From NCBI GenBank assembly GCA_951406725.2, contig OX597816.1, forward strand, positions 28,954,001-29,018,000: a DNA stretch of 64,000 bases, read 5' to 3'. Source of the stretch: Octopus vulgaris (lineage: Eukaryota). The translations under genes and the position numbers were made by a program. Under the pieces are notes generated by a model that did not search any database, had not been told where the DNA came from, and was given only the letters and a program-made list of their open reading frames with translations. Positions 15,921-31,590 of this stretch are shown piece by piece. The first letter of the stretch is position 1. Every line of letters begins with the position of its first letter.

Positions 15921-18681
15921 CAATCCCAATCAAGTAGATCCTTATTTCTTACTTATACTTCTGTTGGAGAAATTGAATAAAGCAAGTCACTGATGAGGCC
16001 AGAACAAGCCAACAGGTTAGCGTTGTTTACAACAAAACAAAGCCATACCTAAGGATTTTATGACAGTCATCACAAAGCTGAATGAGCTTTGCTGAGAATT
16101 TTTAATACATCCCTCGCTCTCTCTTGATATTGCACACCTGATCCTCTTTTGTAAGTAGTTCTGAAAAATACCTTGGACTAAACATCATTTAATGATTATT
16201 AAAATGCAGCGATAAAACAAGCTAAAAAACGTCTTTTCCATCAGCCATCCCAACTTTTCTGATGCTGCGTACTAGACGAACTAGTGTCAGTAACATAAAT
16301 GAAAGGTACTGTAATGAATAGAAAGCATTTTAATGCAAATAAATTTGTTTTATTTCTATCCTTAAAATACAATTAGAACATTCTGTTCGATCTTGTATGT
16401 ACAAGAGAAGATATCTAATATTTACATTAGTTCACCAAAGTAATTTGAACTATTTATTTTGGGCTATTTACCAACAATATAACAGACATTATTAAACTAT
16501 GTCATCATTCTTTAAACTGAGGAAACTACTTCCCAAGAAATCATTATTCCAATATAAAATAGCGATATCTGACGAAGTAACATTGTGAAGAGGGCTGAAA
16601 CACAGGAGTGGCTCAGCTTTGTACAGGCACTTTAATTTAATAAAATGTATTAAGCCTGCTATATCCCCCAACGATTAAATAGAATGGCATTATTTATGCA
16701 TATTTTGATGAGACTAACATCGTAATACATGGTGTTCATCTTGAGAAATTGAAAGTAGTCTATCTTCGGTTGACTACATGAAACAAAATTCAGATCAAAT
16801 ACTTTGAGAAAGTTGTAAAAATGGTGCTTCTGTTTATACAGTTTTGCTATGTAGAATGGATCTCTGTAATTAAAACCAACGATTGTCAAGGGAAGCCTTG
16901 TACTTCTTGTTTTAATAACCTTAAAACTGGGGATAATGTTTTGTCAGGAAAAATAAACAATATTACATGCTGCAATATATTCAGAGATAAAGATTAATTA
17001 TACGAAATTCTAGTTAATTTTAATTAATTCACTATCAACAACTTTGCAAGACCATCTGGGAGATAATATACTAGTTCACTTGTTCCGAATCTCTACTTGA
17101 AATTGCTTGTGCTTTTATATTGTACACTCGGTGTCTGCCTGCCTTGAGCATAATCTAGAGTGTAATCATACCTCTCCGAATCTGAATGTCCTTAACATTC
17201 AGTCGCTTTCTGGTGTATCATATCTCGCCCGTGGTTTTCTTTAGCTGAAACTACTCTTTTGCACACGTTCCAAGCACGTTTGAGAATATCTTCCTTCTTT
17301 TCTCTTAGCGCTGTTAATCTTTGCAAAAGTTTATGGTCACTTTTCTTCTAACCTTCACTATTTGGTAATAGAAAAATATATTTAATTCGAATTTAAGTAA
17401 TGAAGCATTATATCTAACACAAAATGCCTAAAGCTTAACCTTTACTGAAAATATCTATCTTTTACTGTCACACATTACAGTTTATCCTTGTTATAGGTGT
17501 TCGGGGTCAAAGGTTTACTATCAAACTATTTAACTATAGCGTACTATGGTTCAGCTCTTTCTTGGTTCATATTTTGAGTATCAAATTTACTCTAAATTTG
17601 GGTCATATTTCTCAAGTCGTTCCATTTATACTTAGATGAATGTCTGTTTCTTACTATCAGGAATGAAGAACATAAAATTTATAAATATTCATTTCTTCCT
17701 TTCCAGACACTAGCCCCATGCATGTTTAATGTATGGGCACTTTACACATCATATGCTTTTCCCGAAAAGAAATTCATACATTCAGGGCATAATGATATTT
17801 TTTTAAAGACAAACAAAATCAGAATATCCGTATATTTAATAAGTATTGAACTCTATCTGCTATTTGCATGAGCAACACCTACACACAAAATAAAATTTTC
17901 AAATACTTGGTATCGATATATCTGACGATTATTCTTGGTATTGTTATTGATACAACATATCAAACATTATGATCACGCCTATGCGACGAAACTGACTGAG
18001 ATCATATTTGTGGTTTGCATTCTACAATTCTCATGTAAGAGCGCCATTAACGTATTATTTGCACATCAAATACAATAATGCTGCTACATACACAAGAACA
18101 AAAATTCTTGTGAGTTAAAATTTTGAGAATTGAGTGATTAGTAATCACAATCATTATCAACTACAAGTGGATCATTAACACGATATGCCTTCTATTCAAC
18201 CAAAATGATAGAAAAAAACAGTTTGTCTCACTCCACTGCTAAATGCAATTTGACCCAATCCACAATCAGATGTAATGTCTGATTTCTCACTAACACATTA
18301 TCATAGTTTCTCTCTATGAACAGTACTCAACAAATTCCGATCATTCTTCACTAAATCATCAAAATTAAGGAATATTTCTGCACACCTGTAGTATAAACTT
18401 GCGTAATTACTATATATTTGGAATAGTATACTGGTTTTCTTGTACTGTTACTAAGCCCATAGAGATCAGAAACTTCCACTATCGTATAAACTGTCGACAA
18501 TGTTATGTACATGAAACAGTTATGCTATAATCTTGTATTTTCCAATGCTGCTGCCTATGAGCTGAGACATTAATATCATACGCGATAATTAATAAACAAA
18601 AAAAAATCTACGTCGGTCGGAACGGGTCCCCTATTGTCTTTGAAACCGAATATTTCAGTATCTCTAATAAACACACACACA

Positions 18682-18792
<111 letters not shown>

Positions 18793-21700
18793 TCTTCAGA
18801 AAATATTTCTTGGAATAAAAATGAAAAAGCGTACTTTCGTTGTAAATTCTAACCCCATTAATGGATTTTTGTAAGTATTTTATAAATATACTCTTGTAAA
18901 TTATATTAAATTTCCCCATCGCATTCACAAAGAATTATACAGCAACAATGACAGTCAGTATAATTTTATCAACGGTAGTTTCCCTATATATTAAATGCCT
19001 AAATGTCTGAGAGTTACTAATGTGATTATAATTATTCGGACCGTTGCCGTCAATTTTGGAGATGAACATTTTTTTTTAAGTATTTACAACTAAATTATGC
19101 TTTTGATCGTTTTGATCTCCGATCGAAATGTCGAGTAGATGTAAATATTGAAAAAAAAAAAAAAAACAAACAAAAAAGATCAATCTCCGAAGATGAGCTT
19201 AATGGTTTGGAAAATTATAAATTTATTACCTAACAATATTCTGTATAACAACTCGTGAATTATAGGAATAAATTTGCATTTTCTAACCACTAGATATATG
19301 TTTTATATGTTGTATCTATAGATACATGAGTAGACAGGGAACTGAAAACAAAATCTACTTTCAAATGTATAACTAACTTTGCCTAAGTATGAAAACAGCA
19401 ACGTTTCAAGCCATTTCACAAATATACATGATGCGTTTCCTGAATAAATTTTAATAAAGAACATAAAATTCTGCAATCCTGGCAGCTGAATTATTTGTTT
19501 TATCAATTATTTTTTTCTAAAATAGTGAATAAGTGAACACGAAAAATCGCGAGTGGTAGGTTTCCTCTACATAACACCTCCCCATATACCGAACAGTGGC
19601 AAGAATGGGATGTTCGCCGTTTTCTATCACAACATAAACTAAAACCAAACGATTGTCGCACCTATATGATCTCTTGTCTGAAAAACAATATAGTAAATTT
19701 TTCTTAGGTCACACTTAATCGCTTTAAAAGTGATCCGAACAAAACACGCTGTAGTACTTGATATACACTAAATGGGATGGCCATGAATGGAAAATGTTTG
19801 ATATCTGCTGCATCATAGCTGAAAAAGATTCTTTGGACAACATAACAGATTTAGATAGACAACTATTGTCTAGATAGACAAAAGATAGAATGTATAGTCA
19901 AAACATATAATCTGAAAACAAGAAAGAAAGAAAATGCGTAGAGTTCCCGCCTCATTCGTATTTTTGTGATTACTCGGTAAACAATTACAATTACTAGCTA
20001 CAAAATGACAAAGGAAAGAGTCCTTATTTAACAAAGCACATCAAACTAATCTCAGCTAATCGCACTAACATCAGACCAGAAATATTAGACATTAGTATAC
20101 GCGATGGAATCTATTGTGCCAGCATATATATTTATAAAACATATATTTATCATTATAAAATCAATATACTTACCTACATACGTCCGCACATACATGCATA
20201 TATAGTGTCAGTAATACATATACGCATACATACTTTATACACACACATACATACATGCATATATACAATACATACATACTTACATACATTAAAGTAGTAA
20301 TGTATATATACATAACAAAGGAATACGTATGCATCTATAAATACGTTGTAATATGTCTAACCTCAATGACATTACGATTTTTAAAATTCTTTATTAGTTC
20401 AATTCATAGCAGAGCAAATTGCGAAATCAATGAAAATTACCACATAAAATATTGTTTTTCAGCGCTTGCAGGAATAATAACGGGCTTTGAATGGAAATAT
20501 TCTAATATTGGCTAGAGACCACTTGTACAAGTGTCTCCAATTAATTTTAAGAGAGTGTTTAACTAAGATATCCAATAATAAAGGTCTAAAACTGATTCTC
20601 TAAATTAATAACTACACAATGTTAGTTTTCCATTTTTAAATGGAAAATTATCTGATGCCAAATCATTTGTAATTTCTCTACTCAGGAGAATTATTTGAAG
20701 TAAAAATATACTCGAAGTATCTACAATTCATTTAATAAATGGCCTTTCGTAGCAAATCAATAATATTTATAGGGGATTCTTAAATATAGATAAATGATCA
20801 GATATTGAGCATTTTCTGTGAGGATTTAAAACTAATTATAACTCTATGCGCAATGAAACATTTTCAATTAAGTCAAGTTTTGCAAAGCCTATTCTCAATT
20901 ATTTAGAAGATTGATACAAAATTTCAAAGTGTCCCTCTAATAGAAATAGTTATCTTTGTCATCATGTTTTATAGTAGATGGAGTGTGATGACACTGTCTC
21001 ATTTTCCCTAAACGTTTATTATTTATAACTTAATTACGAAATAATTCTATATTATTCAGATGGAGATGAGCCCTCATACTTGCCTCATTTAAATATGATT
21101 TAAGCTTCACTTAACACATTAATCATTACATACACGTACAGGCACAAATACAGACAAGAACACAGATACATACACAATGAAAAACCATATTGAAATTAAC
21201 ATATCAGCAATCCTGTCGAATGTTTTCTATTTTATCTTTCGTTATCTACACTTTTGAAGTGTAAGAAGTAGTTAGTTATGGACATTATGTGTGTATCCTT
21301 CATTTTACGATGGAAAGGGACAATGTACGTGTAATGTCAGTGTGGTCTAGTCACTGTCACATGTTTACACCGAAATATAGTAGGAAGCATAAAATCACTT
21401 AGTATTACAGAAGAAAGTATAGAACAGCAACAAAAAACAAACAAAAAACACCCATAAAATAGTCTTAATTTGTTGTAATCTGCATTTCAAGCATTAGCAA
21501 AATATTGCAAAATACGAGCATCACAGTTCTTTTTTATAGTCAACACAGGAAGAAAGTTGATTCGGCCTGGGATATATGATGAAATAAAGAGATCTAAACA
21601 GGACCCGGCTTTCCGCTCACATTTCTCACAACTCTTACAATCTTTTTAGAATCATGGTAATATTAAGAAGTTTCACTTTTATGTTTGAATTTCTCGTTTT

Positions 21701-21829
21701 TCAAAACGTTTGAAAACCATAACTGGTGTGAAGCAGATGGGAGAGTAATTTTCCCAATAAACATGCTAGTAATAGTTTTATGCTTACCATGATTAGACAA
21801 ATAGTTAACTAATTAACTAAACGAATAAT

Positions 21830-22244
21830 CGGATATTTCGGTTTGTACGGCAGTTTTGTCTAGAGGGATCATATGAAATTGTCACCCATAATTATGACCC
21901 TAGAATCGATCTATTGCATTCAATCTATTTTAGGGTTAGGGTTAGGGGTGGGGGAAGGGTATCTTTTTTTCTTCACAAATGTAAATAAACCCAATCTATT
22001 TCTTAAACGAGGGACATATTCATACGGCACATAATGTTGTTTACCTCAATGGACGTCAATGATTGGTTGAAATTGCAGAAATTGAAGAAAAAAACAACAA
22101 ATATCTTACAAATTATAGAATTTTCTCAATAAAGCCAAGAGAAAAAGATATTCTATAAACACATTCTACCTGTATACGAAGTTTAACATTTTTTAGTTAC
22201 CTAGAAATTATGTTAAAATCTGCCCTTCAAACCGAAAATATCCG
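21830..22244 (+). mobile_element. MITE / non-autonomous DNA transposon with internal TTAGGG repeats, copy 1
   Basis: TIRs cggatatttcggtttgtacggcag / ctgcccttcaaaccgaaaatatccg; flanks aataat / aattat (6-bp TSD, 1 mismatch); an inverted second copy lies at 56176-56606. Confidence 0.88.
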
Positions 22245-23156
22245 AATTATCTATTGTTTGAATAAATCAATTTGATAAATCAATCAGTCAATCAAGCACC
22301 TTTTCTTCGCAATTCACGACTCATCAAGTTTTTAAATCTTAGATCCAGACTAAATGTATTGAGTTTTAGAATTCAATATATCCAGGTTGAATATATCATG
22401 ACAGACCGGGAACACTACATTATTGACGAGGTTGAAACCTATAACAAAAGAACTATGACAAACAAATTGGTTGATTGATTGATGAATCCATTAGAGCAGA
22501 GGTCAGTAAGTTAGGTAACTAGTTGGCTAATTTGAAAGTGTCTTTGTATTAATATTTTATTTCCTTTATGTAATACGTAATTGGAAGATGTCTACTTAAT
22601 TTTATTCTCATTAACGAAGAATATACGCATACATACAAACGCATACATGTATGTGTATGCGCGCACGTGTCCGCATGTGTGTTTTCTCTTTGTGTGCCCA
22701 GACATTTTCTAACATAATAGTCAATGCGTTTTACATAAAGCGGAAGTACATAGGTTTTTTATGAAAACGAACACACGGCTGGTTCGACAGAATGTGTGAT
22801 ATTTTACATTTGTTGCTAATCTTTACATAAATCTAACAGTATAGGATACATATAACCAAAGAATATATAGGAATTGAAAAAGAAAAAAATGTGATATGTT
22901 GGATATGTTGTTAAAAAACCGAAATTTTAACGGAAGAATTCATTTGGGATTCAAAGTTTAAACCTGAATCAAACGAATAATCTCTGTTTTGAAATAAATC
23001 TGAGTACTATATTGAAATATGGTGATACAATACTTCTATCACGAGGTCCCAAAACATTAAATAAGAAAATACTCTTTACGTAAGTGAGAGTATAGAATAA
23101 AAACAAAAATATATATTAATATAGTAACACAGATAACACAATACTAGCATAATATA

Positions 23157-23320
23157 GGCGCATGTGTAGCCGTGTGGTAAGACGTTTCTTTCCCAGTTAA
23201 AGGGTTTCAGTTTCAGTTCCACCGTGTGGAATCTTCGTCAAGTGTCTTCTACTAAAGCCTGGGGCCACCCAAAGCTTTGCAAGTGGATTTAATAGACGGA
23301 AAGTAAAAGAACTCTGTTGT
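23157..23320 (+). mobile_element. SINE family B, 5' part
   Basis: ggcgcatgtgtagccgtgtggtaag...caagtgtcttctact...gtggatttaatagacggaaa matches 57841-57995. Confidence 0.8.
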
Positions 23321-23399
23321 CTAAACCAATGAAAAGAAGAAAACAAAGAAAATTCTTTATCACATCTTTAACTATGAGTTACAAATGCTTCCTACCATA

Positions 23400-25500
23400 T
23401 GCATTTGCAACCCCAGCTTACCCGAAAATTCTAAATGAAAAATCACGTAATATTTGAGGTTTTAGACCAGCTCATTTAATAAAAATAATAAAAATGATGA
23501 AACCGGACTCCAAGAAATTCAAATCTAGGAGGACTCCACCCCACAACACATCACTCGATGCTTTCGAGAATGATTTGATGATTATGATATGCAATGGGAA
23601 GTTTAAGAAAAATCTGTTACGCAGGAATACTTGCTTTCAGAAGCCTAGAGATCTCATCAAGGAGCTCAAGAAATGTGATGGAATACTCGTGCAATCGGAT
23701 AAGACCAGCATCTTATACAAATTATACAGCATCTTATACTGACCATTATAGAGATCTTATTAGGAAGGATCTATATAATGCACGCAAATCCACACATTCA
23801 TCCACATTGGATAATATCAACCAGAAACGACGCAAAATATTGGAGTACCTAAATATTCAATATAGGACTGAACCATATGTACCCAAACAACCTAGGATTA
23901 CATTAAAAGACCATAAACCGGATTTACTCTTTAACCTACCCACCAAGCTGATTAGCCCTTGCAAATCGGATATTAGCCGCATAAGGAATAAATTATAGAC
24001 AAAATACTCTTTAATCTCAGGAAATTTGTACTACTTGACCCTTGGTCTGACACTACGGGCGTCATACGCTAGTTTAGTAAGTTACGTTACAAAACACACA
24101 CTGAGTTTCTACAAATAGACATTGACTCATATTCTCCTCTGTTAATCATATATTCCCAATTAGAGTCGTGGTCTTTGCCATAAATAAAACGTCTTCATTC
24201 AGGAAGGAGGTATATATTATCTTAGCAGCTAGGAGAACCTTAATAACCTTTGACAATCGAATATGGACTCTTAGGAATAGGGGAGGTAATTTTGACATAA
24301 TCATGAAGGCTTGCGACTCGGCACAATTCATGGATTTGGTTGGCTTGTTCCTATTGCAGTAATTAAAGTCCACTTTCCTAGATATAGGAGGTGGACTTTA
24401 TCAGGACAATGCCTTGTTCACATTCTAGAAATATAGTAAGGTAGAGTTCGAGAGAACTAGCAATTGAATTCGAAGTGTTTTCTGTGACTTTGGGCTCCCC
24501 GTTACAATAGATGCTAACCATAGGATAGCAAACTTTCTTGTTGCAAAGCTGACATCGAAACGCATTTATATAGCCGGTATCACATGCCTAATGACTGAGT
24601 TAAACAGCAAGGCCACACATTATTAGCGCGGCTTTATATCCCCACAGAAATAGATTAGGTTCACAGAACTCAACAAACGCAATTTATAAAAAATAAGATG
24701 AGAATTATAAAATTGTTGAGCAACACCCTAAACGGAGGAAAACATTCAATACCAAGAAGGAAGGTGTTGTAAGATAATCTGTTCAACAGCATACAATGTG
24801 AACGAACTGGGCACACAAGAGGAATACAATAAGGTTTAACCGTCCCTTTGCGTCGAACATTGCCTCAGAACTACCCGGCATTTTGTTTAGAGAACTAGAC
24901 AAACACTTCCCTCCACACACAGATACCACAAAATCTTTAATAACTACAATGTAAAGTTATTCTACACGACCACACCTAACATAGTGCAAACTATAGCTAC
25001 CCTTGATAACAGAAAATTGAAACCTCGGACACATTCAGATCCAGCTAATAATCAAGATACACCTCCTTACCCCAACCCGATACAGCATGCGGGAGAAGCA
25101 AAACGGCACCTCACTTCAAGATTCCAGCAAAACCGGGGGTACGTAATGAGATCTCGGCTGTTCAAGGTCCCACAAGGTTTTTTAACTGTCGTGCACCTTC
25201 CACGTGTCCTCTGAAAATCAGTGCTCAGGAAGAACATAATTTATAGGGGAATTGTCACCACCGACAATAATATATTCCACTATATATGGTCCACTGTTTC
25301 CCAATTTAAACGGAAGTTTTATAATAATGTCCACTCCTTAAAGCCCTTTAGTACGCATAAGACTACAGCGCTAGCAGAGTTGGTTTGGGAGTTAAAAGTG
25401 AAGAGGGCCCCATATGGCCGAACCCTTCGAGATATTACAAAATTGGGGTAACACTTTTAACTAAACAAACGAAGTGTTGATACGGTGTCCGCGTAAATAC
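23400..25500 (+). mobile_element. Penelope-like element (RT plus GIY-YIG; Naiad-type motifs), near full-length ORF but heavily disrupted
   Basis: SDKTSILYKL, ITLKDHKP..KLISPCKSDI, FLQIDID, FDIIMKACDSAQFMDLVGLFLL, GLYQDNAL (YRDD equivalent), LDKHFP..YHKIFN..VKL, NCR..CPL, and IIY..YIWST..FKRKFYN..TALAELVWELK (GIY-YIG). A probable terminal repeat follows to about 26.7 kb. Confidence 0.88.
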
Positions 25501-27044
25501 CACAGGTCCTTCACAAAACTCAGTTTACTTACCACCCCACCACCCCGCAGCTAATTATTTTCCCTTGCTAACAGCGCCTTGTTTATAGTTACGTATGGGG
25601 CTTCTCGGTTGAAGGTCCCTACACCATCCAACGGACATCGACGCACGAGCCCATAATTGTTTGACACCTCAATTCAAACCATCCCTCTATTCACTTCTTC
25701 CTACACTGCTATAATTACATTCTCTTCTGTGGGGTGTGTGTTTGTCCGATTGTCCATTTTGGATACTTACAACACTTATATATTAAATACCTACGCCTTG
25801 TTACATTACTGGCATTATACAACTACTTTCGCTAATCCTATTAACCTTTATCGGCTTATCCTTCAAACTCATGTTTTAAATGTGTAAACCGGCTTTTTGG
25901 TTTTACCACCAACTTTCCATGTTCGATTCATTCCACCTTTCTAAATTCAATCCTCTAACTTCTAGGATTTATAATTTTCTCTGATAATTTTATCAATAGA
26001 TATTATATTTCACCACTTTTCTTATTCCTCTTAGCCTGTTAGATGTCTGCCTTCCTACCATTCTTTTCCAGGTTTCAGCTTCTAGAAATAAATATATTGA
26101 TCAAACATCCGCTTGAAATAAATATATTTATCACCTGATGCTGAATGAGTTTTAAAGCATTTTATTCTTACATTTTCTCCCCTATCTAGATCTTTTATTT
26201 GCATCTCTATCTTTATTTTTACTTATGTAACGGAATCTATATATTTTTATATACCATACCGCCACCGCGATTTAATCTAAGATTTATACACATGCTCTCT
26301 TACTGAGGATTAGATACTTACTGCAGATATAACATGAGTCTATAAAAATTACGTTTTTCATTTTCATTCGCTATCTCATCCTTGACATTATTTTGATTAA
26401 TTTTTATTTCTTTTTTTCTTATGTCCCCATATATTTCCCCGATTCGTTGTTTATATTACCGATCAGAGTCCACTATATATTAAACCATTACCCCAACTTA
26501 CCTAGGGCACATGTATCCGTCAAGTTATACACACTTCAAATAGGAAGGCCTACAAACCTGCTGCAGAAATAATTTTACTTCAATTTTGATTCCCGCTCCT
26601 TCGTGACCCTCATCTAACTTATTTAGCCTATTTCCTTTTAACCTGAACTCTTTCATACCGTGCATTAGTTTCATACCGTACGTCATTTATTTATTTATTT
26701 ATTTATATAAACGGCTCTGTATGTAGGTGTGTATATGCCATATTTATAGACGTTTGTATATGTGGGTGGGTGTATGTATATGTATCCATATGTATGCGTG
26801 TGTGTGTGTATGATGGTGTGGGTATATAGATGCGTATGTACTTAGGTGTATATGCATATACAGGTACCTATGTATACATGTATGCGTGGGTATATGTATA
26901 TATGTGTGAATGGGTGTATGTATATATATATATATATATGTGTATGTAAATATATCTATATATATATGCGTGTGTGTGTGGGTATATATATACCTATGAA
27001 TGTATGTATGTGTGTCTGGGAGCATGTATGTATATATGTAGATA

Positions 27045-27094
<50 letters not shown>

Positions 27095-27597
27095 TGCGTT
27101 AGTGCGTGTATGTATTTGTGTGTATGTATATATATGCGCTTACACACAAGTAACAAAGTATTTTCCCGCACTTTTCGTTTTGTCCAAAGAGAACTTTGTA
27201 GTTTATATTCAATATACATATATATACTAGCATGAGGTAAGTTCCTGAATATTAGCGTATTTTACAACTGTAGAATAGTTATTAATGGTTCTCCATGATG
27301 TTGAACTACGTGTATTAATTGTGGTCATCTCGGTATTATGGGGATTTATATCTTTATAACTCGTCCATTATGATAACAGATTTATTTGTGAATTAAGTTC
27401 ACGATGATTATTTTGTCACAAGCACACTCTAATGAGATACAGTTAGGAAATGTACGACGTAGCTATTATTGTGTTTAGGATGACTTCGAGAAATGGAACG
27501 TTTTAGACGGAGGACTCACTATAACTTTGTGTGCTCATCTCCCTCTATGAATGGATGTAGTTAGGTAGCTACATCTACATGTAATTATAACAGTATG

Positions 27598-28015
<418 letters not shown>

Positions 28016-29574
28016 CTACACAAATAGCCAAAGATAAAAGAAAAAGGAAATATAGTTGTTTGGATAAATGGAGTTATGGGGAAAATGATGAACAGAGATA
28101 TGTAGATGCTGGACCAACGTGATTTGAATTTTCATAACTTCTATAGAAATATTTATAAATTGCTTTTAGTATCACAAGTCATTTAAAATATCTGCGAACT
28201 GCCATAGATTTTCCTCTTTGCTATATTTATGATAAGGAATGTGGAATATTAAATGATAATTTACTGGTGATTTACTGAGAAGGGTAAGTTTTTTTTCTAT
28301 GTACAGCTTTTCAAATGGATAAGATATTCTCTTTATTCTCATCTTCAGAAAGGATTTTCAAATAGACAAATAAAGAATTTATAAATCTCAGTGTGTTTTT
28401 GCATGTTTTTTGATTTACGTTCATATATATCTGATTAAAGATTGCATAATAAATTTTGTTGTTCACGAGTTTATAAAATCCTTTATCAAAGAGAGATAGC
28501 AGACTACAGTAAAAGAAAAACAAAAACTATGATCAAACAGGAATCTAGAAAGAAAGCATCTCATAAACATTCTGTATATGCTTGTGCAATTTTTGTATCC
28601 ATAATTATTCGCAATCTTTAACTCATGATTAAATGAAATACATTACCAACTCTCCTCCAGGTTTATCTCAGAAGCATTGATGCTTATAAGTTGCTGAACA
28701 CTGTAGTCTCAGGTGTGGTGGTTCACAGAAACATGGGCGACTAATGTATATTAAATGATTTATTATTACTGATTATAAAATGGAATGTAAGATATTGACT
28801 GTTGCAACGACAGAATATTTCTCATAATATATGAATTCCCAAAACAACCTGTGGATGATTATTTTAAATATAATATGTATGAGAGAACTGGCGTGCAGAC
28901 AGAAAAGATAGATTAACGAACATTGGAAGTCTATAAAAGGCATTAAATATTATTTTACTATTCTTGGACAAGATTTGCGAATCTTTCTCTTACAGAAAAA
29001 TAAGAATATAAGAGGAGATACTAGGATTTGTAACAGCTTTACCAAGTAATTATAGCATAGAAGCATAATACTGTAGGTAGATTATTGACTTAAGGAAATG
29101 GAGACTGGCGATAGCCTATGTGTCCGGTGCTCAGTCTCTGTCTAAGCTTGTTGAAGAAGTGCAACTCTATCAAGGTGACGACTTACAAAAAAATGTAAAA
29201 CTGATAAACAGCGACCGTACCACTCACTATAAAAAAAACCTGCAGAAATTTCAGCCTCAGAGCATGTCTCCGAAATATGAGCCATAGATTGCCCATACCG
29301 CCACTCCGTACCTGGGTAGTCAGACACGTATATTTCACAAAAGAACTGAAGTGTGAGGGATACACAAGTGTGATATGGAGACTGGAAAAAACACGATCGT
29401 CAGGTGAAGGCAATGCAACCGTTCGCAAAATCTATCACACTTCTCAGGAATAGCTACATCTATGCCTATTTCCAGTCCTTCACATCTTGGAGTTTTGACG
29501 TAAGCGAACATTATAGGCTTATAGATGCATATATATTACTAATGGACAATCCGTCCGTTACGATGGTGAGGTTT

Positions 29575-29815
29575 CCTGTTGATCCAATCAACGGAACAGC
29601 CGGATTCTGAAATTAACTCCACAGACACGCGTACTCTTAACGTACTCTCCAGGGGAGATTCGGAGACACTGAATGTGACAAGGCCAGCCCTTTGAATTAC
29701 AGGTACATCTCATTTTTACCAGCTGATTAAACTGGTCCAACTCAAAATAAACTGCCCTGTATAAGGACACAACGCGCCCTGGGATCGAACTCACGACCTA
29801 ACAATCACGAACCGA
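29575..29815 (-). mobile_element. tRNA-derived SINE, family D, with CORE-like segment
   Basis: Minus strand has B box gagttcgatccc, followed by gttgtgtcctt..gcagttta..cagctggtaaaaatgag, resembling the CORE-SINE domain. Confidence 0.65.
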
Positions 29816-29859
29816 CTAATATAATCACGAAGTTCCTTCACACAATATCTATGTATCTG

Positions 29860-29918
<59 letters not shown>

Positions 29919-29919
29919 C

Positions 29920-29984
<65 letters not shown>

Positions 29985-31429
29985 ATATATCTCTCTCTCT
30001 CTATATATATATATATATTATAACTTAACATGTTTAAGCTTTTGCCAAACAATTGCAAACATTAGATTTCCTTTGGTAAATAGAAAATACAAAAAAACTC
30101 GGAAGTTGAATGACTTCGGCTATGAGGTTTCAGAGTTGTGAAATGTGATGGAATTCGCAAGCACAAAATAGTATGCCTCTCTTCCCGTAGTTTCTAATCC
30201 ATTGTTTATTTTTCTAAAAGAGATCAATTTCGTCGATCGGTGTTTTGCAATAATAAGGTACCAAGAAGAACGTTATATCACTTGCAATGAATATGGTATT
30301 AATCAATAAATGTTAGTCACTAATTTACGTAAAATTTCGTGAAAACATTATTCTCAAAGAAATATATATTATCAACATGGGGCCAATACTAATATGGAGA
30401 GGTAATATTTATCACCACTTAACGTGGATGTTCTGTTAGAACACACTATACTGCGGGAGATACCATGAGAGAAACTCTCACGTTAGCTTATGGTGCTACA
30501 TGCATTATTGTTTATATCGCTAGTAGCAACATGAATCCACACCACCTGCAGCACCACATTTCTCAAAAAGCACATGTTAATATCTAAATATGTTTCATTA
30601 AGTTCTAGGTTATTCATGTAAAATTTACTATACTAAAAACGCAAAGAAGTTGTTTACAGCTGATGAATTCCTTTTGCTCCCTATACTAAGTCCACTCTCC
30701 GGGGACAAGCTTTCTTCACTCAATTCTTTTTTCAAACAATTCTAAAAAGTTAAATTAGACTTCGCGAACCGTAGAATTATTTATTTTCATTGAGGAAGTT
30801 GGAAATGTAAATATTTATAACAAAATATAAAGATGGCAAAGCAATATCGGAAGTGATAATTACGTATTACGATATGTTTACAAAATAGTAACACAGATTA
30901 CTGACAACCTATTCCAGCAATAAGTTACCAAAGGATGCAGTGAAGTTTCGCGTTGACATGATCGAGTGAAATTTTAGAGTGGACAAATCAATAAAAATCA
31001 GCATCATGAAGGTTCCAGAAGCTCGATAAATTTTTGCATAATGAATTTCATTGATGCAAATAAAGATGTATAGATGCTGTATTACGTCGTCATTCTTATG
31101 GGTTCTTGGAATTTACGATATTCTATTACGTAGAAGACCCAACATTTCCCTGTAGAATTTAGACTAATTGTCTGCCTGGACGATCGCATTTTTTAGACAA
31201 ACAAACTTGCTAACACACACTGGATCACCCTACCCCCGATCACACATAGACAGAACGGCGCACGCGCATACACACAAGTACATGTATGAATGTACGTGTA
31301 TATGCGTTGGATACAATGAAAATCAACGGTTATTTTAACAAAAAAAACATATGTTACCATACTTGGTTAGTCAATTTGCATTCTGAGAGATAGTTGCAAA
31401 TTATTGTGATGAAGCAACCAATTATTTCA

Positions 31430-31590
31430 GTACCAGTACTGAACTTATACCTATTACATCAACCCCGGCAAAATGAAAAGCAAGGCTGACCCTGAATGGA
31501 TTTGAGCTGCATCTGGGACTTAAAAGAGCCTGAGTAAATATCACTGGTATATACTGACCGTCACTCCTGCGATTCTGTAAATCCAACGTT
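31430..31590 (-). mobile_element. SINE family A, very degenerate
   Basis: atcaaccccggcaaaatgaaaagcaaggctgacc..ggatttgagct resembles the family A reverse strand. Confidence 0.5.

Noticed and set aside
21920-21960. TTAGGG repeats as a telomere or chromosome-fusion relic
   Set aside because: Only about three units, lying inside a TIR-bounded MITE present twice in the window.
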